Of a stretch of DNA of 64,000 nucleotides, positions 49,933-60,213 are shown piece by piece; position 1 is the first letter of the stretch; every line of letters starts with the position of its first letter. A model generated the notes under the pieces. That model did not search any database. It was not told where the DNA came from and was given only the letters and a program-made list of their open reading frames with translations. The position numbers and the translations under genes were made by a program. Origin of the DNA: Truepera sp. (GTDB lineage: Bacteria > Deinococcota > Deinococci > Deinococcales > Trueperaceae); the NCBI GenBank assembly GCA_965218435.1, contig CBDCKW010000009.1:2208001-2272000 (forward strand). The letters run 5' to 3'.

Positions 49933-50838
49933 TTAGATAATGGGAACGCCGAACGCGACGTGTGCAGCGGCAAGATCAAACAGGGCGTGACCGACGCTTT
50001 TGAACACGGTCGGTTGGTCTACCTGGGTGGGGTTAGATAGAAGGGACTCGAGCCCCACCACCGCCGACCACTGCAAACGGCCCGCCGCCACAGCTTGAAT
50101 GAGGTCGCCCGCTTCGGTCTGCGCAGCCGCTAACGTGTCTACCACCACCCGGCTCTGACCGATAATCTCGGCTGAAACTTCGGCCACTTCAGGCTGAAAC
50201 GACCCTACCGCGCAGATAAACGCGTCCTGCCTGACGGGGTCGGTCAGGACAGGCGTCCGGCTCGTCGTGGCGGTGACGATGAGGGACGCGTCGGCAGCAA
50301 CTTCAGCAGGTTCAGCGACGCGAGCGTCCATGCCGAGAGACTGCGCGTAAGTCACCAGCTCAGCAGCTTTTTCTTGCGTCCGAGAGGCGATAAAAACTTG
50401 CTCGATCCCGAGGCCGACGCGGAACGCCTCGAGATGTGCCCGCGCCTGAACCCCGGCTCCAAAGATAAGTAACGGACCGTTCGGCACAGCTGCGAGTGTT
50501 TTTACGGCGAGAAGTGACAATGCCGCCGTCCGCCGTTCGGTGACCACGCCGTCTAACATGCCCAGGCGAACGCCGGTGTCGGTGCGCATCACGACGATCT
50601 CACTCTGAACGCTCGGCAAACCTCGGCCCGGATTGTCCGGGTGGACGGTGACGAGTTTGGTGATGGTCAGGTCGCGGCTCGAGGCGGGCATCAGCAGCAG
50701 ACCATTACCCTCTCCCAAAGCTACGGCGCTGCGTTCCGGCGCGGTCAACTTATCACGGTTTAAGAGCACGGCGGCGATAGCGTCAGCTAACTCCGGGTAC
50801 GGGAGTCGGGCGGCTGTCTCGCGGGCGTCTAACTGCAT
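49933..50838 (-). CDS. Ornithine cyclodeaminase/mu-crystallin family (pyrroline-2-carboxylate reductase-like)
   Basis: KLVTVHP.N, T.RRTAA, GAGVQA, EAGDL, FKSVG. Confidence 0.85.
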   Translation of the reverse strand: MQLDARETAARLPYPELADAIAAVLLNRDKLTAPERSAVALGEGNGLLLMPASSRDLTITKLVTVHPDNPGRGLPSVQSEIVVMRTDTGVRLGMLDGVVTERRTAALSLLAVKTLAAVPNGPLLIFGAGVQARAHLEAFRVGLGIEQVFIASRTQEKAAELVTYAQSLGMDARVAEPAEVAADASLIVTATTSRTPVLTDPVRQDAFICAVGSFQPEVAEVSAEIIGQSRVVVDTLAAAQTEAGDLIQAVAAGRLQWSAVVGLESLLSNPTQVDQPTVFKSVGHALFDLAAAHVAFGVPII

Positions 50839-51039
50839 CACACCGACTTTCGTCAAAGCTCGAGGGTTTACGGGGATAATGTTGCGCAAACACAAGAATG
50901 TAAATATAAGAACATGAAGGCGGCAATCAGGGGCACACCTTAGCAAAACTCAGGAATGCTCGAGACCCCAACCCGTAAAATCGGCGGCTACCAGCTGAAC
51001 CGCTGCGAAACAAATCCATATGGTAGTTACGCTAGGCGG

Positions 51040-51315
51040 TTACTCCCACTCTTTCACCGGAATCAGCTCGCCGCCGTCTACGGTCGCATTTTTGACCCGG
51101 TGACCCCGGCTCAGCGACACCTCTAACACCGCCTGGTCGAGACTGTTGGAACCGATCAGCGTTTTGCGGACGAAATAGCCGTTCCCTTGCAAACTCATCT
51201 CGCTGGTTTTCGAGAGCCGCACGGGGATAACCTCACCGTTTTTATCGGTACGGACGCGGGCCAGAAGAAAACTGCCTTCCTGCTTGAAGTTGGGGTTGCC
51301 ACGACGAAAAAACAT
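51040..51315 (-). CDS. Small hypothetical protein
   Basis: 91-aa ORF; TAGAGT just before the ATG. Confidence 0.7.
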   Translation of the reverse strand: MFFRRGNPNFKQEGSFLLARVRTDKNGEVIPVRLSKTSEMSLQGNGYFVRKTLIGSNSLDQAVLEVSLSRGHRVKNATVDGGELIPVKEWE

Positions 51316-51401
51316 GCTCTACTCTAGCACTGCCTCTACGCAGACATCTTATCCAGCTATATTTAGCGTATACCGAAAACGCCACCAACCCTTGACCTTC
51401 T

Positions 51402-52412
51402 TTAATCCGGTAAGGGGCCGGTGCTGCCCCGCACAACCAGCTCGGGAGAAAAGACGAGCGGCCCGCGGCTTTGCCCCTCGAGTCGCCCCAGCAGCAGCTT
51501 CACCGCCCCCAGCCCCAGCTCACGTTTGGAGATATGCAGCGTGCTTAAAGGCGGGTGGAGCCACGCCGACGCCGGAATGTCATCATGTCCGACCACCATC
51601 ACCTCATCCGGAACCCGTACCCCGGCGTCAACAAGCGCCCGCAGCACGCCCGCCGCCATGATGTCGTTAAAGCAGATCAGCGCGTCGAACGGGAGGCCCC
51701 CCCGCGCGAGTTGGGTGATAAAGTCGTAACTCGCACCGGCACTCGAGTCTGTTTTGTAAACCTGAGCACCTTTTCCTACGGCCTCCACGAACGCCGCCTC
51801 ACGGACGCGGCTACTGCCAAAGCGTGACGGCCCCGCCAAAAACGCGAGCCGGGTTCGGCCCGCCGCGATAAGCCGCCGCACCGCCAGCTCAATCCCGGCC
51901 ACGTCGTCGATTACAATGCTCGCAGCCACCTCCGGCGGTACCGTCCGGCCAATGATGACCGCCGCTTTGAACCTCGTCAAAAAGCCAAAAAGCTCCTCGT
52001 CGGGGAGGCTCGGCGTATCTAAAATCACGCCATCCGCACCTCTATCTTGCAGCGACTCGAGCGCCGCCACCTCACGCGCCGCGTCGTGAAAGGCGTTACT
52101 CAAAAATAGGTTGTAGCCCCGCTCCCACGCGGCCCACTCCGCGCCCTGCGCGATTTCAGCGTAGTAGGGATTGTCTAAAATCGGGACGATCAGGCCCAGG
52201 GTCAGGCTCGAGTTCGTCGCCAGACTCCGCGCCACCCCGCTACGCCGGTAGCCGAGTTCACGGATCAGCCGCTCGATGCGGGCGGTGGTCGCCGCGCTCG
52301 TGTGGCCGGTACCGTTTAAGACCCTCGAGACCGTCTGTTTCGAGACGCCCGCCGCCCGCGCCACGTCCGCCATCGTTACTTTAGCTGTTACTTTGGGGGT
52401 CGGTTTGGCCAC
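51402..52412 (-). CDS. LacI-family regulator
   Basis: TMADVARAAGVSKQTVSRVLN, VGHDD, PPLST. Confidence 0.95.
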   Translation of the reverse strand: MAKPTPKVTAKVTMADVARAAGVSKQTVSRVLNGTGHTSAATTARIERLIRELGYRRSGVARSLATNSSLTLGLIVPILDNPYYAEIAQGAEWAAWERGYNLFLSNAFHDAAREVAALESLQDRGADGVILDTPSLPDEELFGFLTRFKAAVIIGRTVPPEVAASIVIDDVAGIELAVRRLIAAGRTRLAFLAGPSRFGSSRVREAAFVEAVGKGAQVYKTDSSAGASYDFITQLARGGLPFDALICFNDIMAAGVLRALVDAGVRVPDEVMVVGHDDIPASAWLHPPLSTLHISKRELGLGAVKLLLGRLEGQSRGPLVFSPELVVRGSTGPLPD

Positions 52413-52473
52413 AGCGCAGTGTAGCGCAGTGAGAGACCGCTCACCCTGACGCAGCTATCTTCTAAACTGGACC

Positions 52474-53367
52474 ATGCCCAAACACCGTGCGCTCGTCGTA
52501 GGTAATATCGGCCTCGAGACTTCGCTCAGGCTCACCTCTCCCCTTCCAGACGCCTCGAGCTACCAACCTCATAAGCTCGAGCTGGGCGTTTCAGGCGTCG
52601 GTTTTAACGTCGCGTACGCTTTACAAACGCTGAGTACCAACGTTCGTCTCGCCTCAGTGGTCGGCGCTGATACGGTCGGTGACTTTTTGCTTACCGAAAT
52701 GAGAAAGCTGGAAATAGACACCTCGTATCTACACATCGGTCAACGAACTGCCCGCTCGTTGGTCGTGTCGGACGCGTCCGGGGCGCGCCATGTGCATACC
52801 GATTTAGGCGGTGTGAAGGGCGCGGACTATCCGCTCGAGCGTTTTGATGCCGCACTTGGGGGGTGTGCGCTGGCGGTGCTGAGCAATATCGGGTACTCAC
52901 GTCCGTTACTCGCTCGCGCACTTTCTGCAGGTATACCGATCTCAACTGATCTGCACGCGATTCGAGACCTAAATAACCCTTACGATCAAGACTTTTTAGC
53001 GGCGGCGACGCTGCTCTTTTTTAGCGGCGAGCATCTTACAAACGCCCATCAAACTGTAGCTGAAGCTCGGCGACGGTTCGACCCGGAAGTCATCGTCGTG
53101 GGGCTCGGCGCTGAGGGCGCACTCTTGTCCGAACGGGGCCGTGACACCTTGCACGTCCCGGCCTTTCTAGCCCCGCAAATTGTCAGCACGGTGGGCGCAG
53201 GGGACGCATTGCACGCTGCTTTTTGTCACTTTTGGCTCCAGGGTGAGGTGCCTGAACAAGCACTTCGTTTCGCGTGCGCCTTTGCTGCACAAAAGATTCG
53301 CTCCGGTCAAGGCGGTCAAGGGTTTGTCAGTGAGGCCGAAGTGCGCTCGGCTGCTCTGTCTGGATGA
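52474..53367 (+). CDS. PfkB-family carbohydrate kinase
   Basis: GVG.NVA, STVGAGD. Confidence 0.9.
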   Translation: MPKHRALVVGNIGLETSLRLTSPLPDASSYQPHKLELGVSGVGFNVAYALQTLSTNVRLASVVGADTVGDFLLTEMRKLEIDTSYLHIGQRTARSLVVSDASGARHVHTDLGGVKGADYPLERFDAALGGCALAVLSNIGYSRPLLARALSAGIPISTDLHAIRDLNNPYDQDFLAAATLLFFSGEHLTNAHQTVAEARRRFDPEVIVVGLGAEGALLSERGRDTLHVPAFLAPQIVSTVGAGDALHAAFCHFWLQGEVPEQALRFACAFAAQKIRSGQGGQGFVSEAEVRSAALSG

Positions 53368-53548
53368 GCCGCTATTTGCTCGAGCCGCTAGAACAGAAGT
53401 GCGCAGATACGCACAGCCAACTAAAAGCAGGGTAGTGCCAGCTTTCCTTGCTCCAAAGCGTTTTACAATCAACCAAGACATTTGGGGGAGTAACTAGAAC
53501 GGATAGACACGCCCTAGTGTCAAGCTGAAGAATTCAGGGGGTAAAAAG

Positions 53549-54535
53549 GTGAATTATCGGTATCTGGGTCACACCGGCCTTAAGGTCAGTGAACTCTGTT
53601 TGGGCGCGATGACCTTCGGGCGCGAGTCGAGCGAGGAAGAAAGCCACGCGATGCTGGGGCGCTTTACCGAAGCCGGTGGCAACTTCGTTGACACCGCCGA
53701 CGTGTACAGCCGGGGCACCTCTGAGGAGATTTTAGGCCGCTGGCTGAAAGACCAAGAACGTGACGCGCTGGTTGTTGCGACCAAAGTGCGCTTTCCCATG
53801 AGCGACGACCCGAACGAAGCCGGTCTCGGCCGCAAACACATCATGCGCTCGGTCGAGCGGAGTTTGCGCCGTTTGCAAACCGACTACTTAGACCTCTATC
53901 AGGTTCACGCCTGGGACCCGAATGTCCCCTTAGAGGAAACTTTATCAACGCTCGATGAGCTTGTGCGGCGCGGGTGGGTGCGCTACTTGGGCGTGAGCAA
54001 CTTTACCGGTTGGCAGCTGCAAAAGGCGCTCGACCTATCCAGAACACACGGTTGGGAAACGTTTAGGTGTTTACAGCCGCAGTACAACCTCTTGTGCCGC
54101 TCGACCGAGTGGGAACTTATTCCGGTGACGCTAAACGAGGGCTTGGGCGTGATCCCTTGGAGTCCGCTGCGGGGCGGTTGGCTCTCGGGCAAGTTTCGCC
54201 GGGGGATGGAAACTCCACTCGGGGGTAGCCGCATCGAAAAGGCCGAACAAGAGGGCTGGGGCGAGTCGTGGAGTGCGTATAACAACGAACACACTTGGGG
54301 GGTCATTGACACACTCTTTGAGGTCACGGAAGAAATCGGCAAAAAACCCGCACAGGTGGCGATCAACTGGCTTTTGCAGCGCCCCGGCGTAACCGCGCCG
54401 ATTATCGGTACCCGGACGATGGCGCAGTTGGAGAGCAACCTGGGCGCGGTCGGCTGGGCTTTAGCCCCTGAGCATGTGGATAAGCTCAACCAGGCGAGTG
54501 CAGTGCAACTCCCTTATCCCTACGACGCTGTTTAG
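53549..54535 (+). CDS. Aldo/keto reductase
   Basis: DTADVY, ATK, DLYQVH, WSPL. Confidence 0.94.
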   Translation: MNYRYLGHTGLKVSELCLGAMTFGRESSEEESHAMLGRFTEAGGNFVDTADVYSRGTSEEILGRWLKDQERDALVVATKVRFPMSDDPNEAGLGRKHIMRSVERSLRRLQTDYLDLYQVHAWDPNVPLEETLSTLDELVRRGWVRYLGVSNFTGWQLQKALDLSRTHGWETFRCLQPQYNLLCRSTEWELIPVTLNEGLGVIPWSPLRGGWLSGKFRRGMETPLGGSRIEKAEQEGWGESWSAYNNEHTWGVIDTLFEVTEEIGKKPAQVAINWLLQRPGVTAPIIGTRTMAQLESNLGAVGWALAPEHVDKLNQASAVQLPYPYDAV

Positions 54536-54587
54536 TACTCAAAAATGATTCTTTAGCTCGAGGGTACTTTACGCTTCCAGCTCGCCT

Positions 54588-54623
54588 AAACCCTTGACAG
54601 CCGGTAGACCGTCAAGGGTTTTT
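54588..54623. terminator. Terminator between convergent genes
   Basis: AAACCCTTGAC...GTCAAGGGTTTTT. Confidence 0.7.
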
Positions 54624-54756
54624 GAAATGATTTCTAGAAAACTCGAGTTCGCAGAGGTTTAAGCTGTGCCTATTCGGTCTAGCTTTACGGTTTTACCAAA
54701 ATACTGGCGTTACCGTAGCGACCGTCTGGACACCCGACAAACCGACAGCACGTTCG

Positions 54757-55605
54757 TCAGCCGAATGCCAGAAAGATAACCCCGACCACCATGCCACTCG
54801 CGGCTAACAGCCGCCGCCGAACGTCCCCTTCGGCCAGCAAACGTGCGCCCAACAGAGCGCCGATCAGGATACTGATCTCACGAGTCGGCGCGACGTAACT
54901 CACGGGTGTGAAAGTGAGCGCAGTAAGCACCAAGATATAAGCCGACGGACTGAGCACCGCAATGACGAGGGCCTCGAGCCTGTGACGCCGCCACGTGTCC
55001 CGGAGCTCTCGAGGGTTTTTGAGTACGCTGGGCGAGAGGAGCAGCGCCCGAAAGCACTCGGAGAGCCACATAAAAATCAGCGGCGGCGCAGCCAGACGGC
55101 TAACCGCGTAGCCGTCCCACACGGTATAGATAGCGATACACACGCCGGTTGCCAAACCGTACAGGACAGCCGGGCCGCGTCCATACCGAGGTCCACCCGT
55201 CAGCACAACCACGCTGACGACAATGAGCAGCGTGCCGGTCAGCGCCAGCGCCGTGGGGCGCTCGCCCAAAAACAAAACTGCGCCGAGCGTGGCGAGCAGC
55301 GGGCCGGAACCTCTCGCCAACGGGTAGACGAGCGACAAGTCACCGGTACGGTACCCACGCTGCAACAGTAAAAAGTAGGCGATGTGAATGACGGCGCTGC
55401 CGACGATAAAAAGTAGCGTCAGGGAGTCTAGTCTCACGTTTTGCCACCGCCAATACAAGATACCGACAGGCGCGTAAATCACGGCGGTAAGGGCCGCGAA
55501 AAGCCAGGTAAAGACCACGCCGCCCCCGGCGCGTTTGGCAAAAAAGTTCCAGCCCGCGTGCATGAACGCTGAAGTGACGACGAGAGCAAGGGCCAGCAAG
55601 GTCAT
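54757..55605 (-). CDS. EamA/DMT transporter
   Basis: HA.WN, GDLSLVYPLARG, RE.SI. Confidence 0.9.
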   Translation of the reverse strand: MTLLALALVVTSAFMHAGWNFFAKRAGGGVVFTWLFAALTAVIYAPVGILYWRWQNVRLDSLTLLFIVGSAVIHIAYFLLLQRGYRTGDLSLVYPLARGSGPLLATLGAVLFLGERPTALALTGTLLIVVSVVVLTGGPRYGRGPAVLYGLATGVCIAIYTVWDGYAVSRLAAPPLIFMWLSECFRALLLSPSVLKNPRELRDTWRRHRLEALVIAVLSPSAYILVLTALTFTPVSYVAPTREISILIGALLGARLLAEGDVRRRLLAASGMVVGVIFLAFG

Positions 55606-55716
55606 ATTATTTCTCCAAACGAAATACAGCCGTCCAGATAATAAACTACCCCGCCGCAAGCTGCAGAGAATCAGACTCTTATCAGCTTGAAAGGGATTGA
55701 GATGGTGTGTCAGCGT

Positions 55717-57015
55717 TTAGACCGGGGCGAGCAGCTCGGTTTTAAGGGCCTCAAGTGTTGGTGGCAAGGTCGGCACGTCGGTCGTAGCGTTGAGGGACCC
55801 CAGCGCCGTCACCGGGGGTAGGGTAATTCCCAACGCCGCCTCGACGGTGGGCTCGAACTTCGCAGGGTGCGCCGTTGCCAAAACGATCACAGGCGCGTCG
55901 TCGCCGGTTTCCTCGCGGTAACGCGCCGCCGCTTCAAAGCCGACCGCCGTGTGCGGACAGGCGATATACCCGTCATGCTCGTAAACCTGCCGGAGCCGCG
56001 TCTTCGTCACCTCGTCTGACACCGACGTGCTCCAGAGGCCCCCACCTTTTAGAGCACCTTCGCCCAGAAGCGCGTAAAGACGTTCAAAATTACTCGGTGC
56101 GCCGACGTCCATCGCATTAGAGAGTGTCGAAACAGTATCTCGAAAACCGCCGTGCGCGTAACGCGACGCCAAAAAGCCGGGGAAAAAGTCGTTCGCGTTG
56201 TGCGCCGCGATAAAGCCGGGTGCGTCAACACCCGCCTTACTCGCCAACATACCCGCTGTCAGATTACCCAGGTTACCGCTGGGAACGCAGAAAACAGCGT
56301 CTCCCAAACCTAAAGTTTTAGCTTGCAGCGCGGCCCAAAAATAATAGCTCGATTGCGGCAGGAGTCTGCCTAAATTGATCGAATTGGCCGACGATAAACC
56401 CAACTCGCGCAGCTCCGGGTCGGTAAACGCGGCTTTGACGAGCCGCTGGCACGCGTCGAAATCACCCTCGACGGCGTAGGTCCGTACCCCCGGACGCGAG
56501 TGGGTCAGCTGCCGCTCTTGCACCGCGCTCACTTTGCCTTTGGGATAGAGCAGCACCACGCCGAGGTTGTCTTGACCGGCAAAGCCGTCAGCGACTGCGC
56601 TGCCGGTGTCACCCGACGTTGCAACAAGAATCGTGAGATGGTCGCGTTTGTCTTCTAAAAACGCGTTTAGCAGCCGCGCCATGGTGCGTGCGCCGACATC
56701 TTTGAACGACAGAGTAGGGCCGTGAAAGAGCTCGAGCACCCCCAACCCGTCGCCCAACTGAACGAGTGGAACGGGAAACTCGAGCGCATCTTGCGTGATC
56801 GCCAGGAGTTTATCCCGGCTCAGCTCCTCGCCTACCCACGGCGTCAGCACCTGCGCCGCCAACTCGGGAAGGCTCGCTGCTTCTCTCCAAGCGGGTGACA
56901 ACCGCGGAACCTGTTCGGGAATGTAGAGCCCGCCGTCCGGCGCAAGTCCCGTTAAGACCGCGTGACGAAATGAAACCGGGCGTTTTTGAGGGTCCCTGGT
57001 GCTGTAAAAGTTCAT
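55717..57015 (-). CDS. thrC: Threonine synthase
   Basis: GLAPDGGLY, ELFHGPTLSFKD, ATSGDTG, SANSIN. Confidence 0.96.
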   Translation of the reverse strand: MNFYSTRDPQKRPVSFRHAVLTGLAPDGGLYIPEQVPRLSPAWREAASLPELAAQVLTPWVGEELSRDKLLAITQDALEFPVPLVQLGDGLGVLELFHGPTLSFKDVGARTMARLLNAFLEDKRDHLTILVATSGDTGSAVADGFAGQDNLGVVLLYPKGKVSAVQERQLTHSRPGVRTYAVEGDFDACQRLVKAAFTDPELRELGLSSANSINLGRLLPQSSYYFWAALQAKTLGLGDAVFCVPSGNLGNLTAGMLASKAGVDAPGFIAAHNANDFFPGFLASRYAHGGFRDTVSTLSNAMDVGAPSNFERLYALLGEGALKGGGLWSTSVSDEVTKTRLRQVYEHDGYIACPHTAVGFEAAARYREETGDDAPVIVLATAHPAKFEPTVEAALGITLPPVTALGSLNATTDVPTLPPTLEALKTELLAPV

Positions 57016-57037
57016 TAAGACAACCTTACCGGTCTTT

Positions 57038-57322
57038 CTACCTTTTCGGGCGTTTGAACTGCATATAGTGCCACGTCACGCCGTTGGCCTGCATATCCTG
57101 GTTGACTACGTGACTGACTTTCCAGCCATCCTCACCGGAAAGCCGTAAAAACTCCGGCAACGTTTTAGCCGTCTCCCTTTTTTCGCTCAGCCAACCCGCC
57201 AAACGCTGACCGTTGACGTCTAGCAAGTTAAATTCTTGCGTGATACCTCGGCCCCGGTAGTCAAAACGAACTGAGAGACACTTCCGTACCGTCAGCCAAA
57301 CGGTTCTTGCGGGCACGTTCAA
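57038..57322 (-). CDS. Small hypothetical protein (DUF4177-like)
   Basis: G.DGW.V...FKRP pattern; TTG start overlaps the hom stop. Confidence 0.6.
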   Translation of the reverse strand: MNVPARTVWLTVRKCLSVRFDYRGRGITQEFNLLDVNGQRLAGWLSEKRETAKTLPEFLRLSGEDGWKVSHVVNQDMQANGVTWHYMQFKRPKR

Positions 57323-58362
57323 ACCCGCCCACCAACCATCAGGACTTCACCGAGCGGTTGGGTGCGGTAGTCTTGTGGAACCGCCGCCGCCCGCGCCAAC
57401 AAGCCGGGACCGGCGCGACCGGAAAGGGCGCTCATCAGGTCGGCTAACACGGCGCTCGCCGTCGGCGCTGCGCCCGCACCTGCGCCGGTTATCAGCACTT
57501 CACCTACGGCGTCGCCGCGAAAGAGCAAGCCGTTGCGGTTACTCGCCGACCCCGCCAGCGGGTGTTCGGGTGGCAGGTAGACCGGGCGCACCGTCCCGCG
57601 CCACGCGCCGTCTTCGGGGTAGATGCTACCGACCAAGCGGAGCCGCCCGCCGTCTTCCATCGCTTCTTTGACAATCGCCGGGGTCAGGTGCCGGATGCCG
57701 TGCGTATGCGCCTGGACATCCTCCCACGAAAAATCCGGGTCGAAAGCCAAACGACCTAAAATGGTGAGTTTATGCCCTGCGTCGGTGCCGTCTACGTCAA
57801 CGCTCGAGTCGGCCTCGGCGTAGCCCAAAGCTTGCGCCTCTTTTAAGGCGTCGTCAAAGTCCGCGCCGCCCTCTAACTCGCCTAAAATATAGTTACACGT
57901 CCCGTTCAAAATCGCGTGCAGCTCTAGAGGTCTCGAGCCGCGCAGCACCCCCGCGAGCGGCTCGACCGCGGGTGTCCCGGCCATCACCGCCGCTTCAAAG
58001 TAGAGCGTACCGGCTTCAATAAACGGCCTAAACTCGTTCCACCTTTCGGCGAGCACCGCTTTGTTGGCCGTAATCACCCGTTTGCCCTTATTAAGTGCCC
58101 GGAGCATCAGGTCGCCCGCGTAGCCCGTGCCGCCGAGCAGCTCGATGATGATGTCGTTCTCTAAAACTACGTCGGCGTCGGTCGTGAGCGCCGAATGCGG
58201 TACGCAGCCGGGACGCGCCTTGTCGGGGTCGCGCACGAGTACCCGGCTGATTTCCGCCCTCAAACCCGCCTTACTAAAAAGGTCACAAAAACTGCTACCG
58301 ACTGTTCCTGCACCCAAAAGTCCAATCCGTGTCGTTTCGCCCGTCAGGGTGCCCCGTGTCAT
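57319..58362 (-). CDS. hom: Homoserine dehydrogenase
   Basis: G.GTVG, TANK, ILNGTCNYIL, GYAE.D, GAG..PTASAV. Confidence 0.94.
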   Translation of the reverse strand: MTRGTLTGETTRIGLLGAGTVGSSFCDLFSKAGLRAEISRVLVRDPDKARPGCVPHSALTTDADVVLENDIIIELLGGTGYAGDLMLRALNKGKRVITANKAVLAERWNEFRPFIEAGTLYFEAAVMAGTPAVEPLAGVLRGSRPLELHAILNGTCNYILGELEGGADFDDALKEAQALGYAEADSSVDVDGTDAGHKLTILGRLAFDPDFSWEDVQAHTHGIRHLTPAIVKEAMEDGGRLRLVGSIYPEDGAWRGTVRPVYLPPEHPLAGSASNRNGLLFRGDAVGEVLITGAGAGAAPTASAVLADLMSALSGRAGPGLLARAAAVPQDYRTQPLGEVLMVGGRV

Positions 58363-58404
58363 AAAGCCGAGGATATCACGGGGCGCAAGTTTAAGGTTAA
58401 AGGC

Positions 58405-58992
58405 GTGAAGCCTTCCCTAAAGATTACGGCGATCTCCTCGAGCCTTGACCCCGAAAGCCGCAGCAGACAAATCGCTGAACTTTGCACTGAAAAATTGCGG
58501 GCACGGCAGGTTGACACTATGCTTATAGACCTACGCGAGACAAAACTCGGACGCTTCGACAACGATACGGTTTACGGGACACCTGAATACCTCGAGCTGC
58601 ACGCGCAGATTGCCCAGGCTGACGGACTGCTCTTATGCACCCCAATCTACAACTGGTCGGTCAGCAGTGAACTTAAAAAACTGATTGAGGTCACGGGCTC
58701 AACCCCGCCGGACGGCTCAATGCGCGGCGCTTGGTTCGACAAAGTGATCACCTTTGCGGGTACTGCTGGCTTGCCGCATAGTTACATGGCCTTCAGCACC
58801 CTCGCCACCACGCTGATGCTCGACTTTAAGTGCGTCATTAACCCTTATCAGATTTATCTCCATAACCGGCACTGGACGGAAACCGGTTTGAGCGAGGAGG
58901 CGCAAGCGCGGATAGATAAAACTTTGGGGGTGATGCTCGAGCTGACCACTCTCTTACAGCCCCGCACTTATACCTCTGACTGGGAGCTTTAG
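58405..58992 (+). CDS. NADPH-dependent FMN reductase
   Basis: SSL...SRS, TPIYN.S....K; GTG start after TAAGGT. Confidence 0.85.
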   Translation: MKPSLKITAISSSLDPESRSRQIAELCTEKLRARQVDTMLIDLRETKLGRFDNDTVYGTPEYLELHAQIAQADGLLLCTPIYNWSVSSELKKLIEVTGSTPPDGSMRGAWFDKVITFAGTAGLPHSYMAFSTLATTLMLDFKCVINPYQIYLHNRHWTETGLSEEAQARIDKTLGVMLELTTLLQPRTYTSDWEL

Positions 58993-59085
58993 GAAAGCTT
59001 GATATACTTCAAGGTTGAGACGCGCCATCAGTGAGCAGTTAGGCGCACATTAGCTGGACACACAAGTACGACCTTGAGGAGTTTC

Positions 59086-60168
59086 ATGTTAGGAATCGGC
59101 ATCGTCGGCTTACCCAATGTCGGCAAATCTACCTTGTTTAACGCCATCACCAAAGCGAGCGTCGAAGCGGCCAACTATCCGTTTGCCACAATTGACAAAA
59201 ACGTCGGCGTCGTCGCCGTGCCTGACGAACGGCTCGACGCTTTGCGCGATTTATATACCAAATCACGTGTGCCGCCCGTTGTCCCGACCACCGTCGAGTT
59301 TGTAGACATCGCCGGACTGGTCAAAGGTGCCAGCCAGGGTGAGGGTTTGGGCAATCAGTTTTTAGCCAATATCCGCGAGGTTTCGGCGGTTGCGCATGTG
59401 GTGCGCTGCTTTGAAGACGAGAACATCTTGCACGTCGCTGGGGCGGTTGACCCTTTGAGTGACATCGAAACGATTCACACCGAGCTGGCGTTAGCTGACC
59501 TGAGCAGCCTCGAGAAACGCCATGACAAACTTCGGCGGAGCGCGAAAAGTAACAAAGACGACGCTGAGCTTTTAGCCGCAGCCGACGCGCTGATTGCCAA
59601 ACTTTCGGACGGCGTTCCGGCGCGGCAGAGCGGGTTGGAAGTTCCCAAAGACTTCAATCTGCTCACGGCCAAACCTGTAATCTATGTGTGCAACGTCGCG
59701 GAGGACGAAGCGGGCACGGGCAACGCTTTCTCAGAGAAAGTCCGTGCCTACGCCGAGGCCGAGGGCTCGGAGACGGTGATTATTTCAGCCAAGCTCGAGG
59801 GTGAACTCGGCGAACTCCCGGAGGACGAAGCGGGCGAGTTTTTAGCTGATTACGGCCTCGCCGAACCGGGCTTAAACCGCCTGATTCACAGCGGTTACGA
59901 CGCGCTCGGGCTCCTAACCTTTTTAACTGCCGGTGAAAAAGAGGTGCGGGCGTGGACAGTCACCAAAGGCAGCAAAGCGCCGCAAGCGGCAGGCGAAATC
60001 CACACCGACTTTGAACGGGGCTTTATCCGCGCCGAAGTGATCGGTTGGGACAAACTCGTCGAGGCGGGCGGGACGGTCGCCGCCAAAAGTAAGGGTTGGG
60101 TACGAACCGAAGGGAAAGAGTACGTCGTGCGAGACGGCGATGTGATGAACTTTTTGTTCAACGTCTAA
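59086..60168 (+). CDS. ychF: Obg-family ATPase YchF
   Basis: GLPNVGKSTLFN, ANYPFATI, DIAGLV, GKEYVV.DGD. Confidence 0.97.
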   Translation: MLGIGIVGLPNVGKSTLFNAITKASVEAANYPFATIDKNVGVVAVPDERLDALRDLYTKSRVPPVVPTTVEFVDIAGLVKGASQGEGLGNQFLANIREVSAVAHVVRCFEDENILHVAGAVDPLSDIETIHTELALADLSSLEKRHDKLRRSAKSNKDDAELLAAADALIAKLSDGVPARQSGLEVPKDFNLLTAKPVIYVCNVAEDEAGTGNAFSEKVRAYAEAEGSETVIISAKLEGELGELPEDEAGEFLADYGLAEPGLNRLIHSGYDALGLLTFLTAGEKEVRAWTVTKGSKAPQAAGEIHTDFERGFIRAEVIGWDKLVEAGGTVAAKSKGWVRTEGKEYVVRDGDVMNFLFNV

Positions 60169-60213
60169 GCTCTAGGTCCGTGTGTTAGCGCGGCGAATGT
60201 AAATATCAAAGCA

